DNA of 64,000 nt from Anaeramoeba ignava BMAN (lineage: Eukaryota > Protista > Anaeramoebae): NCBI GenBank assembly GCA_028826165.1, contig JAPDFW010000009.1, positions 26,934 to 90,933 of the forward strand, in the 5' to 3' direction. The notes beneath the pieces are model-generated. The model had not been told where the DNA came from and did no database searches. It saw nothing but the letters and a program-made list of their open reading frames with translations. This document shows, piece by piece, positions 10,345 through 24,300 of this stretch (position 1 is its first letter; the number at the start of each line of letters is the position of its first letter). The translations under genes and the position numbers were made by a program.

Positions 10345-13063
10345 TACCAAATTTATTTAAAAATTTATTTAGAAATTTATTCAGAAATTTATTCAGAAAT
10401 TTATTTAAAAATTTATTTAAAAATTGGAATAAAAATTGGAATAAAAATTGGAATAAAATTTATTTAAAAATTGATTTAAAAATTGATTTAGAAATTTATT
10501 TAGAAATTTATTTAAAAATTGGAATAAAAATTTATTTAAAAATTTATTTAAAAATTGGAATAAAAATTGGAATAAAAATTGGAATAAAAATTTATTTAAA
10601 AATTTATTTAAAAATTGGAATAAAAATTGGAATAAAAATTGGAATAAAAATTGGAATAAAAATTGGAATAAAATTTATTTAGAAATTTATTTAGAAATTT
10701 ATTTAGAAATTTATTTAAAAATTGGAATAAAAATTGGAATAAAAATTTATTTAGAAATTTATTCAGAAATTTATTCAGAAATTTATTTAGAAATTTATTC
10801 AGAAATTTATTCAGAAATTGGAATAAAAATTTATTTAAAAATTTATTTAAAAATTGGAATAGAAATTGGAATAAAAATTGGAATAAAAATTGGAATAAAA
10901 TTGATTTAAAAATTGGAATAAAAATTGGAATAGAAATTTATTTAAAAATTTATTTAGAAATTTATTTAAAAATTGGAATAAAAATTTATTTAAAAATTGG
11001 AATAAAAATTGGAATAAAATTGATTTAAAAATTGGAATAAAAATTGGAATAAAAATTGGAATAAATTTATTTAAAAATTTATTTAGAAATTTATTTAGAA
11101 ATTTATTTAGAAATTTATTTAAAAATTTATTTAAAAATTTATTTAGAAATTTATTTAAAAATTTATTTAAAAATTGGAATAAAAATTTATTTAAAAATTT
11201 ATTTAAAAATTGATTTAAAAATTGGAATAAAAATTGGAATAAAAATTGGAATAAAAATTGGAATAAAAATTTATTTAAAAATTTATTTAAAAATTGGAAT
11301 AAAAATTGGAATAAAAATTGGAATAAAAATTGGAATAAAAATTGGAATAAAATTTATTTAAAAATTTATTTAGAAATTGATTTAGAAATTTATTTAGAAA
11401 TTGGAATAAAAATTTATTTAGAAATTGATTTAGAAATTTATTTAAAAATTGATTTAAAAATTGGAATAAAAATTTATTTAGAAATTGATTTAGAAATTTA
11501 TTTAAAAATTGATTTAGAAATTTATTTAAAAATTTATTTAAAAATTTATTTAAAAATTTATTTAAAAATTGGAATAAAAATTGGAATAAAAATTGGAATA
11601 AAAATTGGAATAAAAATTGGAATAAAAATTGGAATAAAAATTTATTTAAAAATTGGAATAAAAATTGGAATAAAAATTGGAATAAAAATTGGAATAAAAT
11701 TGATTTAAAAATTGGAATAAAAATTGGAATAGAAATTTATTTAGAAATTTATTTAAAAAATTTATTTAGAAATTTATTTAAAAATTGGAATAAAAATTGG
11801 AATAAAAATTGGAATAAAAATTGATTTAAAAATTGGAATAAAAATTGGAATAAAAATTGATTTAAAAATTGATTTAAAAATTTATTTAGAAATTTATTTA
11901 AAAATTGGAATAGAAATTTATTTAAAAATTGGAATAAAAATTGGAATAAAAATTGGAATAAAAATTGGAATAAAAATTTATTTAAAAATTGGAATAAAAA
12001 TTGGAATAAAAATTGGAATAAAAATTGGAATAAAAATTGATTTAAAAATTGATTTAGAAATTTATTTAGAAATTGGAATAAAAATTGGAATAAAAATTGG
12101 AATAGAAATTGATTTAAAAATTTATTTAGAAATTGGAATAAAAATTGGAATAAAAATTTATTTAAAAATTTATTTAAAAATTTATTTAGAAATTTATTTA
12201 AAAATTGGAATAGAAATTTATTTAAAAATTGGAATAAAAATTGGAATAAAAATTGGAATAAAAATTGGAATAAAATTGATTTAAAAATTGGAATAAAAAT
12301 TGGAATAAAAATTGGAATAAAAATTTATTTAAAAATTGGAATAAAAATTGGAATAAAAATTGATTTAAAAATTGATTTAAAAATTGGAATAAAAATTGAT
12401 TTAGAAATTTATTTAGAAATTTATTTAAAAATTTATTTAAAAATTTATTTAGAAATTTATTTAGAAATTATTTAAAAATTTATTTAAAAATTGGAATAAA
12501 AATTGGAATAAAAATTTATTTAAAAATTGATTTAAAAATTGATTTAAAAATTGGAATAAAAATTGGAATAAAAATTTATTTAAAAATTGATTTAAAAATT
12601 TATTTAGAAATTTATTTAAAAATTGGAATAGAAATTTATTTAAAAATTGGAATAAAAATTGGAATAAAAATTTATTAAAAAATTTATTTAAAAATTGGAA
12701 TAAAAATTGGAATAAAAATTGGAATAAAAATTTATTTAAAAAATTGATTTAGAAATTGGAATAAAAATTGGAATAAAAATTTATTTAGAAATTGATTTAG
12801 AAATTGATTTAGAAATTTATTTAAAAATTTATTTAAAAATTGGAATAAAAATTTATTTAAAAATTTATTTAAAAATTTATTTAGAAATTTATTTAAAAAT
12901 TGGAATAGAAATTTATTTAAAAATTGGAATAGAAATTGATTTAAAAATTTATTTAAAAATTTATTTAAAAATTGGAATAAAAATTGGAATAGAAATTGAT
13001 TTAGAAATTTATTTAAAAATTGATTTAAAAATTGATTTAAAAATTTATTTAAAAAATTGATTT
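10345..13063. repeat. ~2.7-kb intergenic 12-bp satellite (AAAAATTGGAAT / AAAAATTTATTT / AGAAATTTATTT / AAAAATTGATTT variants)
   Basis: Directly visible 12-bp period with interspersed variant units. Confidence 0.97.
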
Positions 13064-13298
13064 TCTTAGTTAGAAATTGTAAAGATTAAGAAAGTGGAAT
13101 GAAAAAAAGGTTTGATTAAAGAAAAATAAGTTATTCAAAAATTGAGAAAAAAGAAATTTTTTTTAACTTGTTTTAAAAGGATTTAAAAATAGAGAATAAT
13201 GATCTTTAAAAAGAAAAATTTTTTTTTGATTTTTTTTTTTTCATTCACTTTTTTTATTTCAATTTTTTTAAATTTTTATTTTTTTTAAAAAAAACAAA

Positions 13299-14089
13299 AT
13301 GAATTCACCAAAATTTCAAATTGTTGTTGCTGGAACAGGAGCAGTTGGAAAATCAGCAATAACACTTCAATTTATTGCAAAACAATTTGTTCAAAAATAT
13401 GAACCAACAATAGAAGATGTTTATAAAAAAATGATCACAATTAATAATCAACATGTTATTTTAGATATTCTTGATACAGGTAAATTAATAATAATAATAA
13501 AAATAAAATAACGGAAAAATTTTTTTGCCAGTTCAACTTAATAAAATTTTTCAATTTAAAAAAAAATTTCAAAAAAAAATAATAAAAAGCTGGTCAAGAT
13601 GAATATTCTTCTTTAAGATCTCATTATTATGCTAAAGGAGATGGATTTTTACTTGTTTGTTCTTATGATAATTTTTCTTCAATTGAAGAAATTCTTGAAT
13701 TTAAAGAAACAATTCTTCAAGCAAAAGATGTAGAAGATTCTTCTCAAGTCCCAATTCTTCTTGTTGTAAATAAATGTGATCTTTCAAATAAAGATCGAGT
13801 ATTTTCAAGAAAAGAAGTTGATGATCTTGCTCGACTTTATGATCTTCCAGTTATTGAAACTTCAGCAAAAAATGGGGTAAATAAAAATTATTTTTTAAAT
13901 TTTTATTTTTAAATAAATTTTTAATTAATTTTTTTATAATTTTTTTTTTAGACAAATGTTGATAATGCTTTCCATAAATTGACAACTCAAATTTTAAAAC
14001 AAAAATCAATTGGAAAAAAAGATTCCAAAACCAAAACAAAAGCAAAAAAAGAAAAAAAGAAAAGATCAATAAGATGTTCAATTATGTAA
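13299..14089 (+). CDS. ras: Ras-family small GTPase (201 aa); exons 13299-13479, 13590-13876, 13952-14089
   Basis: GTGAVGKS, YEPTIED, DT|AGQDEY, NKCD, ETSAK, polybasic tail and CAAX (CSIM*). The GT-AG junctions sum to 606 nt in frame. Confidence 0.95.
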
Positions 14090-14413
14090 AAAAGAAGAAA
14101 AGAAAAGAAGAAGAAAGCAAATAAATTTTTGCTTTATTTTTTAAATTGTTTTTTGTTTGTTTTTAAATTTTGATTTGGTTTTAAATTTTAATTTGCAAAT
14201 TAATAAAAATTTTGAAAAGGAAAAGAAATGAAAATTTGTTTTTTAATTTGAATTAAAAACTGGAATGAAAATTAAAATTAAAATTAAAAATTGAATTAAA
14301 ATTAAAATTAAAAATTGAATTAGAATTAAAATTAAAATTGAATTTGAATTTGAAAAGGAAAGCAACTATTGTTTTTTAAAAAGAATTAAAAGAAAAGAAT
14401 TAAAAGAAAAGAA

Positions 14414-17400
14414 TTAATCGACTCTTTGTTCGATCATATCCAAAACATCATTAGCAGCCTTAGTAATTTTAGTACCAGGACCGAATACAAGATTAACACC
14501 ATTATCATAAAGGAATTGGTAGTCCTGAATTGGGATAACACCACCACAGATAACAACAACAGAACCAGCACCTTCTTTCTTTAAGGCTTTAACAAGTTGA
14601 GGCATAAGAGTACGATGACCAGCAGCTAAGGAAGAGATTCCAACAACATGAACATCAGAATCAACGGCGGATCTTGCGACTTCATCTGGAGTTTGGAAAA
14701 GTGGACCGACATCGACATCGAAGCCAAGATCTGAGAAACCGCTTGCGATAACTTTTGCGCCACGATCATGTCCATCTTGTCCCATTTTCGCAACAAGAAT
14801 TCTTGGTCTTCTTCCGTATTTTTCCTTGAAACGATCCACTCGATCTATGATTTCTTGGAACTCTTTCTTGTTCAAATACTCCCCCGCATAGCTTCCTTGG
14901 ACAACACTATCCTTGAGCTGGAATCTTCCCCAAACTTTTGCCAGCGCGTCGCTTATTTCACCAACTGTGCATCTTGCTCTGGCGGCCTCAACGGAAAGTT
15001 CCAACAAATTTCCGTTGCCGGAACGAGCACTTTCCGTTAAAGCTTCAAGTGCTTTTTTTGCTTTTTCCGAGTTTCTTTCTGCGCGCACTTTCTCGATGCC
15101 TTTTATCTGCGACTCTCTTACTACAGTGTTATCAATCACACGCACTTCGAGCGGATCTTCTTTTTCAAGTCTGAACTTGTTAACGCCAACAATTGTGTCC
15201 AAGCCACTGTCAATTCTGGCTTGTTTTCTGGCAGCTGCCTCTTCAATTCGATGTTTTGGCATTCCGGATTCAACTGCTTTTGCCATACCGCCAAGTTGTT
15301 CAATTTCATTTATGATCTCCATTGCTTTTTGACAGAGATCGTCCGTTAATTTTTCCATCATAAAAGATCCGCCCCAAGGATCCGCAACATTGCAGATATG
15401 AGTTTCTTCCTGCAAAATTAACTGAGTATTTCTTGCGATCCGGGCGCTAAATTCAGTTGGAAGTCCAACTGCTTCATCAAATGAGTTTGTGTGCAAGCTT
15501 TGTGTGCCTCCTAGCATTGATGCCATCGCTTCTACTGTTGTTCGTATGATATTGTTGTACGGATCTTGCTCTGTTAAGCTCCATCCTGATGTTTGACAAT
15601 GTGTTCGAAGCATCATTGATCTTTCTTTTTTGGGTGAAAAGTTTTTCTTTACTAATTCAGCCCATAATCTTCTTGCTGCTCGTAGTTTTGCTACTTCCAT
15701 GTAGAAGTTCATTCCAATTCCAAAGAAGAATGAAAATCTTGGTGCAACTGAGTCTACGTCTAATCCTGCGTTAACTGCTGCTCGAATGTATTCGATTCCT
15801 TTTAATTTTATAAATGAATTTTAATTTTAATTTTAATTTTAATATTGATATTAATTTTAATTTTAATTTTAATTTTAATTTTAATTTTAATTTTAATTTT
15901 AATTTTAATTTTGATATTAATATTAATTTTATAAATGAATTTTAATTTTAATTTTAATTTTAATATTGATATTAATTTTAATTTTAATTTTAATTTTAAT
16001 TTTGATATTAATTTTAATATTAATTTTAATATGAATTTAATAAATTAATTTTAATTTTATAAATGAATTTTAATTTTAATTTTAATTTTAATTTTAATTT
16101 TATAAATGAATTTTATAAATGAATTTTAATTTTGATTTTAATTTTAATTTTAATTTTAATTTTATAAATGATTTTTAATTTTGATATTAATATTAATTTT
16201 ATAAATGAATTTTAATTTTAATATTAATTTTATAAATGAATTTTAATTTTATAAATGATTTTTAATTTTAATTTGAATTTTAATTTTGATATTAATATTG
16301 ATTTTAATTTTAATATTAATTTTGATATTAATTTTATAAATGAATTTTAATTTTATAAATGAATTTTATAAATGAATTTTAATTTTATAAATGAATTTTA
16401 TAAATGAATTTTAATTTTGATTTGTACCATCTGCTAATGTAAAAGCTAATTCCAAAGCATTATCAGCACCAGCTTCTTGCATATGATAACCTGAAATAGA
16501 AATCGAATTATATTTTGGCATATTTTTAGAAAGATAACCCATAATATCTGAAATAATTCTCATTGAAGGCAAAGGAGGATAAATAAAAGTATTTCTAACC
16601 ATAAATTCCTTAAGAATATCATTTTGAATTGTTCCTGAAAGAAGTTTTTTATCGACTCCTTGTTCTTCTCCAGTCACAATAAACATCCCTAAAATGGGAA
16701 GAACTGCTCCATTCATTGTCATTGATACACTCATTTTGTTAAGTGGAATCCCGTCAAATAATTTCTTCATATCTTCAATGGTATCAATAGCTACTCCTGC
16801 CATTCCAACATCTCCTGATACTCGTGGATGATCTGAATCATATCCCCGATGTGTTGATAAGGAGAATGCAACTGAAAGTCCCTTTTTTATTTTAAATTTT
16901 TAAAATGAATTTTTAATTTTAATTATTTTTAAATTTTAATTTTAATTTTAAATTATTTTTTACAGTTTGTCCTGCTGCTAAATTCTTTCGATAAAATGCA
17001 TTTGATTCTTCTGCTGTTGAAAATCCTGCATATTGTCTAATTGTATGTTTTTTTACAGCTAAAATTCAATTAAAAATAATATTGAATTGAATTGAATTAA
17101 ATATTAAATTGAATTGAATATTAAATTGAATTAAATATTAAATTGAATTAAATATTAAATTGAATTGAATTAAATATTGAATTGAATATTATATTGAATT
17201 AAATATTGAATATTATATTAAATTGAATTGAATATTAAATTAAATATTAAATTAAATTGAATTAAATATTAAATTGAATATTAAATTATATTGAATTGAA
17301 TATTAAATTGAATTAAATTGAATTGAATTGAATTGAATTGAATTGAATTGAATTAAATTAAATTGAATATTGAATTGAATATTGAATTAAATATTAAATA

Positions 17401-18651
17401 TTGAATTGAATTGAATATTGAATTGAATATTGAATATTAAATTAAATATTAAATTAAATTAAATTGAATTGAATTTGAATTGAATTGAATATTGAAATTG
17501 AAATATTGAATAAAATTAAATTTAAATTGAATTGAATATTAAATATTGAATTGAATATTAAATATTGAATTAAATATTAAATATTAAATAAATTGAAAAT
17601 GAATAAATATTAAATTGAATTAAATGAATATTAAAAATTAAAATTGAATTGAATTGAATATTAAATTAAATATTAAATTGAATTGAATTGAATATGAATA
17701 TTGAATTAAAATAAATGGAATATTGAATATTGAATTGAAATTGAATTGAATTAAATATTAAATTATTAAATTGAATTGAATATTAAATTGAATATTAAAT
17801 TGAATTAAATATTAAATATTAAATTGAATTAAATATTAAATATTAAATTGAATTGAATATTGAATTAAATATTAAATATTAAATTGAATTGAATATTGAA
17901 TATTAAATATTAAATTGAATTGAATATTGAATATTAAATATTAAATTGAATTGAATATTGAATATTAAATATTAAATTGAATTGAATATTAAATTATTAA
18001 ATTGAATTGAATTAAATATTGAATATTAAATATTGAATATTAAATATTAAATTAAATATTAAATTGAATATTGAATATTAAATGAATAAAATTAAATTGA
18101 AATTAAAATATTAAAATTAAATTAAATATTGAATTGAATATTAAATATTGAATTAAATTAAATTGAATTGAATTGAATATTAAATTGAATATTAAATATT
18201 GAATATTAAATTGAATTGAATTGAATATTAAATATTAAATATTAAATATTGAATTGAATTAAATTGAATTAAATATTAAATTAAATTGAATTGAATTATA
18301 TTAAATTAAATTGAATTAAATATTAAATATTAAATTGAATTGAATTAAATAATACTTACTATACATTGTTGCCTTAGGACCACGTGTAAATGGAAAAATA
18401 CCAGGAAATTCCTTTTTGTAATTTGGAATATCATTTGGTCCATAAACAGGTTTTACTTCAATTGATTCTGGTGAAAGCCAAACAAGTTTTTCAGGATCTT
18501 TCCCTTTTAATTCTTTTTTTGCCTCCTTTTCCCATTCTGGATCAAATGTAATTTTATTGGAAATCTCTCGACTTGTTAAATTTTGTAAATTTTGTTTTGT
18601 TAAATTTAATAATAAAGTTCTATTTAAACTTCTTGGAATAAATTGAAACAT
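14414..18651 (-). CDS. MMUT: Methylmalonyl-CoA mutase (AdoCbl-dependent, 741 aa) with organellar presequence; exons 18651-18360, 17058-16964, 16881-16428, 15798-14414
   Basis: [53 protein letters not shown] and B12 motif GQDGHDRG. Exons sum to 2226 nt. N-terminus [15 protein letters not shown] is basic with no acidic residues. Confidence 0.97.
17065..18350. repeat. ATTGA/ATTAA/AT-interspersed simple repeat filling MMUT intron 1 (17059-18359)
   Basis: Directly visible. Confidence 0.93.
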
Positions 18652-19138
18652 TTTTTTAATTTTTTTAATTTAAAAAAAAAAATTTTTTTTATTTTATTGT
18701 TATTTTAAAATTAAAAGAAAGAAAAAATGAAAAAAAAAATTAATTAAAAAAATTAATTAAAAAATAATTTTTTCTAATTTTGACTTAAATTTGTGAAAAA
18801 TTAATAATTTCTTTTTTTTTCAACTTAAAATTATCCTTTTAATCAAATAATAATTAATTAAAACTCTTTTCAAAATTATTTTTCTTTTCTCTCTTATTAA
18901 ATTAAATTCAAAAAAAAGATATAATTAAGATTCAAATTTATTCTCAAAAAAATATCAATTTTTCTCATTTAAATTAATTTAAATCAATATAATATTTTAA
19001 TTCAAATTTCATTTTAATTTTAATTTAATTTATTAGAATTTAATAAAAAATAATTTATTGAAAAAAGAAAAGAAAATTCAATTTTTTATTTTAATTTTTT
19101 TTTTTTCATTTTTTCTTTCTTTTAAAAAAAAAGCAAAA

Positions 19139-21128
19139 ATGGAGAAACCTTTAATATCAAAACCACAAGTAAATTTATTTACAATTAATTTAAAATTATT
19201 TTGTAAATTTAATTTAATTTAATTTTATTAAAAAAAAAGAAAATTAAAATGTTAACAGAAATTTTCACAAATGTTACTCGATTTTCTGTTTATTTTTTTA
19301 TTGGAATGATATTTTGGTTAAACTACAAAATATTCAAAAAACAATTAATTGCTTTGTATAAAATTTAAAAATTAAAAAATTAAAAAATTAAAAACACACT
19401 TTTTACTCAATCTAAAAATTCTTTATTTATCCAACTTTTAATAATTCATCCCCATTAATTATTCATCTAAAAAATAATTCAAATCAAACAGTTTGTGGTC
19501 TGTCATAATTGCCATGTTTTTAGAACCATATAAAGACTCAGTTTATCGAATCATCTTAATTTTCAAAGACTTAATTAAATTCTTTCCAATTCAATCTCTT
19601 TTTGGAGTCATTATTATATATTATTTCCTGAGGATCTTCTCATCCACTTTTGCTACTACTTTCCTTATCTTTGTTATTGTTCTTGTCGCAACAACAAAAT
19701 CAGATAAAAATCAAGGATCTTCTTTACTTGTTTTAGTGATTTTTGTTTTAATTTTTATTGTTCCACTCATTTTCATATTGATAAAATCAGCACAACAATC
19801 AACAGAACTTGGGTCAAATTTAAGAACTTATTTTAAAGAAAATCCAGAAATTCTTTCAGATCTTCAGGTTTAAAAAAAAAATATTAATTCAAAAAAAATA
19901 ATTTAAAAATTAATTCAAAAAAAAATTTCAAAAAACAAGAAAACTGCTTTTTTCCAAAAAATTGTTGCTTTTCTTGCAAAATTTAATGTCGAAGTTCCTA
20001 AATTAACTCCTACTTTAGTTTCAAAAAAAATTGCTCCATTTTTACAAGCAAAATTATTTATGTCTCCAGCTCTTTCTATTTTTTCAAATTTCTTCTCTTC
20101 TGTCATGTCTTTCTATATTTTTTTCATTTTCACATTATATCTTCTTCAAGTAAAATTCAATTTTAAAAAGAAAAGAGAAAAAAATATATTTATTAATTTT
20201 AAAAAAATTTTTATTTATTTCAACAGGAGATGGATAAATTTAAATCATTCTTTCAAAGTATTTTAAAAAATATTTAATTTCTAAAATAATTTATATTTAA
20301 TTTATAAAATAATTTATATTTAATTTATAAAATAATTTATATTTAATTCCAAAATAATTTATATTTTAATTTATAAAATCATTTATATTTTAATTTATAA
20401 AATCATCTGTTTAGAATTCTCTCCATTTTGTCAAGAAGATAATCAAAAAATTGGGAATTCTATTCGAAATTTAACAGCTCAACTTCTTAAAAGTACAACA
20501 TTAGTTGCTTTTATTAATGGAGCAATTGCATTTTTCACTTTCAAAATTTGTGGACTTCCTGTTCCACTTGTTCTTGCATCTTTGAATGGATTTATAACAG
20601 CATTGCCAGTTATAGCATATGTTCTTGTTTGGGGATCAGCATCTGTAGAAATTGAATTAAATTTACAAATTTAAAAAAAAAAATTTAAACAATTATTTAT
20701 TAAAAATTTAATCAATAATTTGACATCTAAAAAATTTATTTATAAAAAATTTATTTATTAAAAATTTATTTATTAAAAATTTATTTATTAAAAATTTATT
20801 TATTAATAATTAATTTATTAAAAAATTATTTATTATAAAATTTATTTATTAAAAATTTTAGCTCGTTTTATTCTTTCAAGGAAGAATTCTTGCTTCATTA
20901 TTCATTGCAATCATTCATAGTATAACAACTTTTGTTTTAAGTCCAATTATAAGATCTACTGTTCCTGGTGGTCATCTTTTCTTTAGTAAAATCTCTTTAT
21001 TTTTTGGTATAGCTGCTTTTGGAATTCAAGGTGCTTTTTTCGGTCCTTTTATTGTTGGTTTAACAATTACTTTCCTTGAAATCTTTCAAAAATATCAATC
21101 AGACAAAATTCATTTAAAAAAAGATTAA
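19139..21128 (+). CDS. TMEM245-like / AI-2E (PerM) family multi-pass membrane protein, ~7-8 exons
   Basis: Spliced reading gives MEKPLISKPQ...L|LWSVIIAMFLEPYK (compare TMEM245 LLWA...FLHPFK), FTLYLLQ|EMDKF, GLPVPLVLASLNG and C-terminal GIAAFGIQGAFFGPFIVG...KKD*. The internal boundary near 19868-19930 is uncertain. Confidence 0.8.
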
Positions 21129-21312
21129 ATTTTTAATTCCACTTTTTTTTTTTTAATTCCACTTTTTTTCCTTTTTCAAAAAATTCAAAATGAAATTCAA
21201 AATGAAATTCAAAATGAAATTCAAAATTTTTTTTTGATTTGATTTGATTTGATTTTGTTCGCAATTTTTTTAATTTTCTTTTTTTTCATTTTTTTCATTT
21301 TTTTTTTTAAAA

Positions 21313-24300
21313 ATGAATTCTTTTTCTTCGAATTTTTTTGACCCATTTCAAACATTTCTTTCAATTCGTTCAATTAAAATTTTAATCACACCAATAGATT
21401 CAATTCCCACAAAACAATTCGAAAAATATTTTTCAATAATAAAATCAAATTCAAAAATTGAGTTAAAAAAGTAAAATAAATAAAAAATAACTTTTTCTTG
21501 AATTAAATTTTAATCAAAAAATCAAAAAAAAAAAAGAAATAAAAAGATTTATTTAGATTTTCTTCATTCAAATTATGTAAATAATAATTGGCAAGAATTT
21601 CAACCATATAAAAAAATATTTGGAATAATTGTAATTGTAAATCAAACAGAAAAAATAACGTTTAAAACAATTAAAAGGCTCTTTCATTCCAAAATCGAGC
21701 CATACAAACATAATTTACTTACAACTAAATGCTTTATTTTTGGTTCAAAACAAATTGAGAATTTTCATTCAAAATTTATTTTTATTGAATATGAAAACGA
21801 TATTGAATCAATTCAGCTCAAAATAAAAAAACACCTTGAATTGTTTGTGGATGAAATTGTGGGGAATTTTTCAAGCCAGTTATTAAAATTAAACAAAATC
21901 AACAGGAGAATATCAACTCCTGAAAATATTGAATCACTTTTAACTTCATCTTCAAAAAAGAAAAAAATGGATCAAAAATTTGATATGATTAAAAAAAAGC
22001 TATTAAAAGTCGATTATCTCTTGTTAGGCGGAGAATTGGAAATAGCTCATGAAGAATATAAAATTTGTTTGCAATTATTCCCAAATGATGAATATTTCCC
22101 AGTTTATCAAGCTGGATGTTATGAAAGAATTTTATTTACATTCCCAGAAATTTATGAAGAAAAACATGTGAATTCAGATGATTTTGATCTCAATCAAAAA
22201 ACCAAAAAAAATCAAAATTTGGATTTTTGTCCCAATTATCAGAATATTCTTTCTCAATTCAAATTTAAACAAAATATTCGCAACAATTCATTGATTGAGA
22301 AAGCAAAAAATTTGTATCAAAAAACTTTGGCAATTTATTTGGAAAATAATAATTATATTTTGGCAATTGAATTGATAATGAAGTTTTGTTCTTTAATAAT
22401 TTCTCAAAAATTTGATATTTCTTTGAATCGTAATTTACTTGTTGCTTTAAAATATTCAGATAATTTAGATCCAAATCAAAAAGTATATTTATTGGAAAAT
22501 GTTAAAAACAAAAACAAAAACAAAAACAAAAAAAAAGAAAGAAAGAAATTTTTCTCATCTCATCTTGTATTTTTCTTTTTCAAAAACACAAAATAATTCA
22601 AATCAATTTTGTGGGAATTTAGTTTTTATTATTTATTGGTTTTGCTTTTTTATTTTATCGAATCAATTTCAAAAGAAAATTTCTATTTTTCATCTATCAA
22701 GCTCATTCTTTATCAGATTCAAATGATTCTTTATTTATCTTACGAGAATTTCTTTCGCAATATTTAATCAAAAGAAATAATTGTCAAAATAATAAAAATA
22801 ATAAAAATAAAGAAAATAATAAAAATATTAAAAATAATGAAAATAATCAAAATAATGAAAATAATGAAAATAATGAAAATAATGAAAATATTCAAAATAA
22901 TGAAAATAATGAAAATAATCAAAATAATGAAAATAATCAAAATATTCAAAATTTAAAGGAAATCCAATTTCGAAGAATAATTAAAATAATCAAAATAATG
23001 AAAAATAATTACAAACAATTTGAATAATGAAAAATAATGAAAATAATGAAAATAATCAAAATATTCAAAATAATTTGTTTCTCCAATTTTAATTACAAAC
23101 AATATAATTCAGCAAATCATAAACAGTTCATTATTTGTTTCTTTTGCACAACAAAAAAAACTTAAAAATGAATACTCATTACTATGGGATCCACTTAAAT
23201 ATCAAGTTTTGAAGAATGTTTTGATGGATTCTAAAAAAAATAATGAAAAAATTACAACTTATTATCCTCATTTTTTATTCACTTGCTCCAAAAGTATGGA
23301 TCTTTTAACTCAAGAACAAATCATCAAAAAGTTATATTCCAACAGAATGAATGAAGAAACAACAATTGATTTGACTTTATGTCAAATTATCCAAAATTTG
23401 ATTCCAAAATCCGGCATAAAAACAGATCCAGATATTCCCAAAAGCAAAAATACAAGCCAAAATGAACTTCATAAAATGTTTCTTTTCCAGTCAAATCATA
23501 GCCATAAAAATATTTTATTAAAGAAAAGAAATTGGGTTAATTGGGTGGAAAATGAGCCTCAAGAAATTAAACTGAAAATATCCAATTCATATGATTTCCA
23601 AATATTCATTGAAAATATAATTGTTATTACAAAAGGAGTAGAAGTGAGAACACATAATTTCACTCCAATCATTTTGGATCCAAATACTTTATCAAAAAAA
23701 ATCAAAATAAAAGTCATCCCCACAAAAGAAGGAGATTTGAAAATTGAGGGATGTATAATTTGGATGTTTCATCAACAATTTTGGAACAAAATTAAAGTTT
23801 CAACAAGAATTCATGTTATAAAACAACTTCCTTTAATCAAAATAGAGCAATTAAATTTGGAGAAGAACCACAAATTTTATGGTGGAGAAGTTACAAATTT
23901 TTCAATTGAAATTGAAAATATTGGAAATCTTCCAATTCATAACATCTCAATTTCAAGTGAGATTTCAAATTGGGAAGAATTTCATTCAACTTTGAAAAAT
24001 TTACTTCCACATAAATTTTCAAGTTCTATTAGCTGGAACCAAAACCAAATTCAAGAAAAACTTCCGCTTAATCCATCTTCCAAATTTGTTTTGAATATAC
24101 AAGCTTATTTGGAAGAATCAATCATTTCTTCAAGATTATTATTTAATTATTCTTCGTTTGATGAAGAATATTCAAATCAAGTTTTAAAAAGAGAAGCAAT
24201 TTTGCAAACAGAATTTCAAATGGAATATGCATTAACACTTGAATTGGTGAAAATTCTTCCGTTTCATTATCAATATAATAACAAAAATGAAAATAATCAT

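Noticed and set aside
10345-13063. CRISPR array or telomere
   Set aside because: No unique spacers, no cas genes, eukaryotic context. Internal position and degenerate units do not fit a telomerase repeat.
14768-15332. Antisense ORFs over MMUT, Hsp70, Arf1, VAC14 and NAP1
   Set aside because: Shadow frames of real genes.
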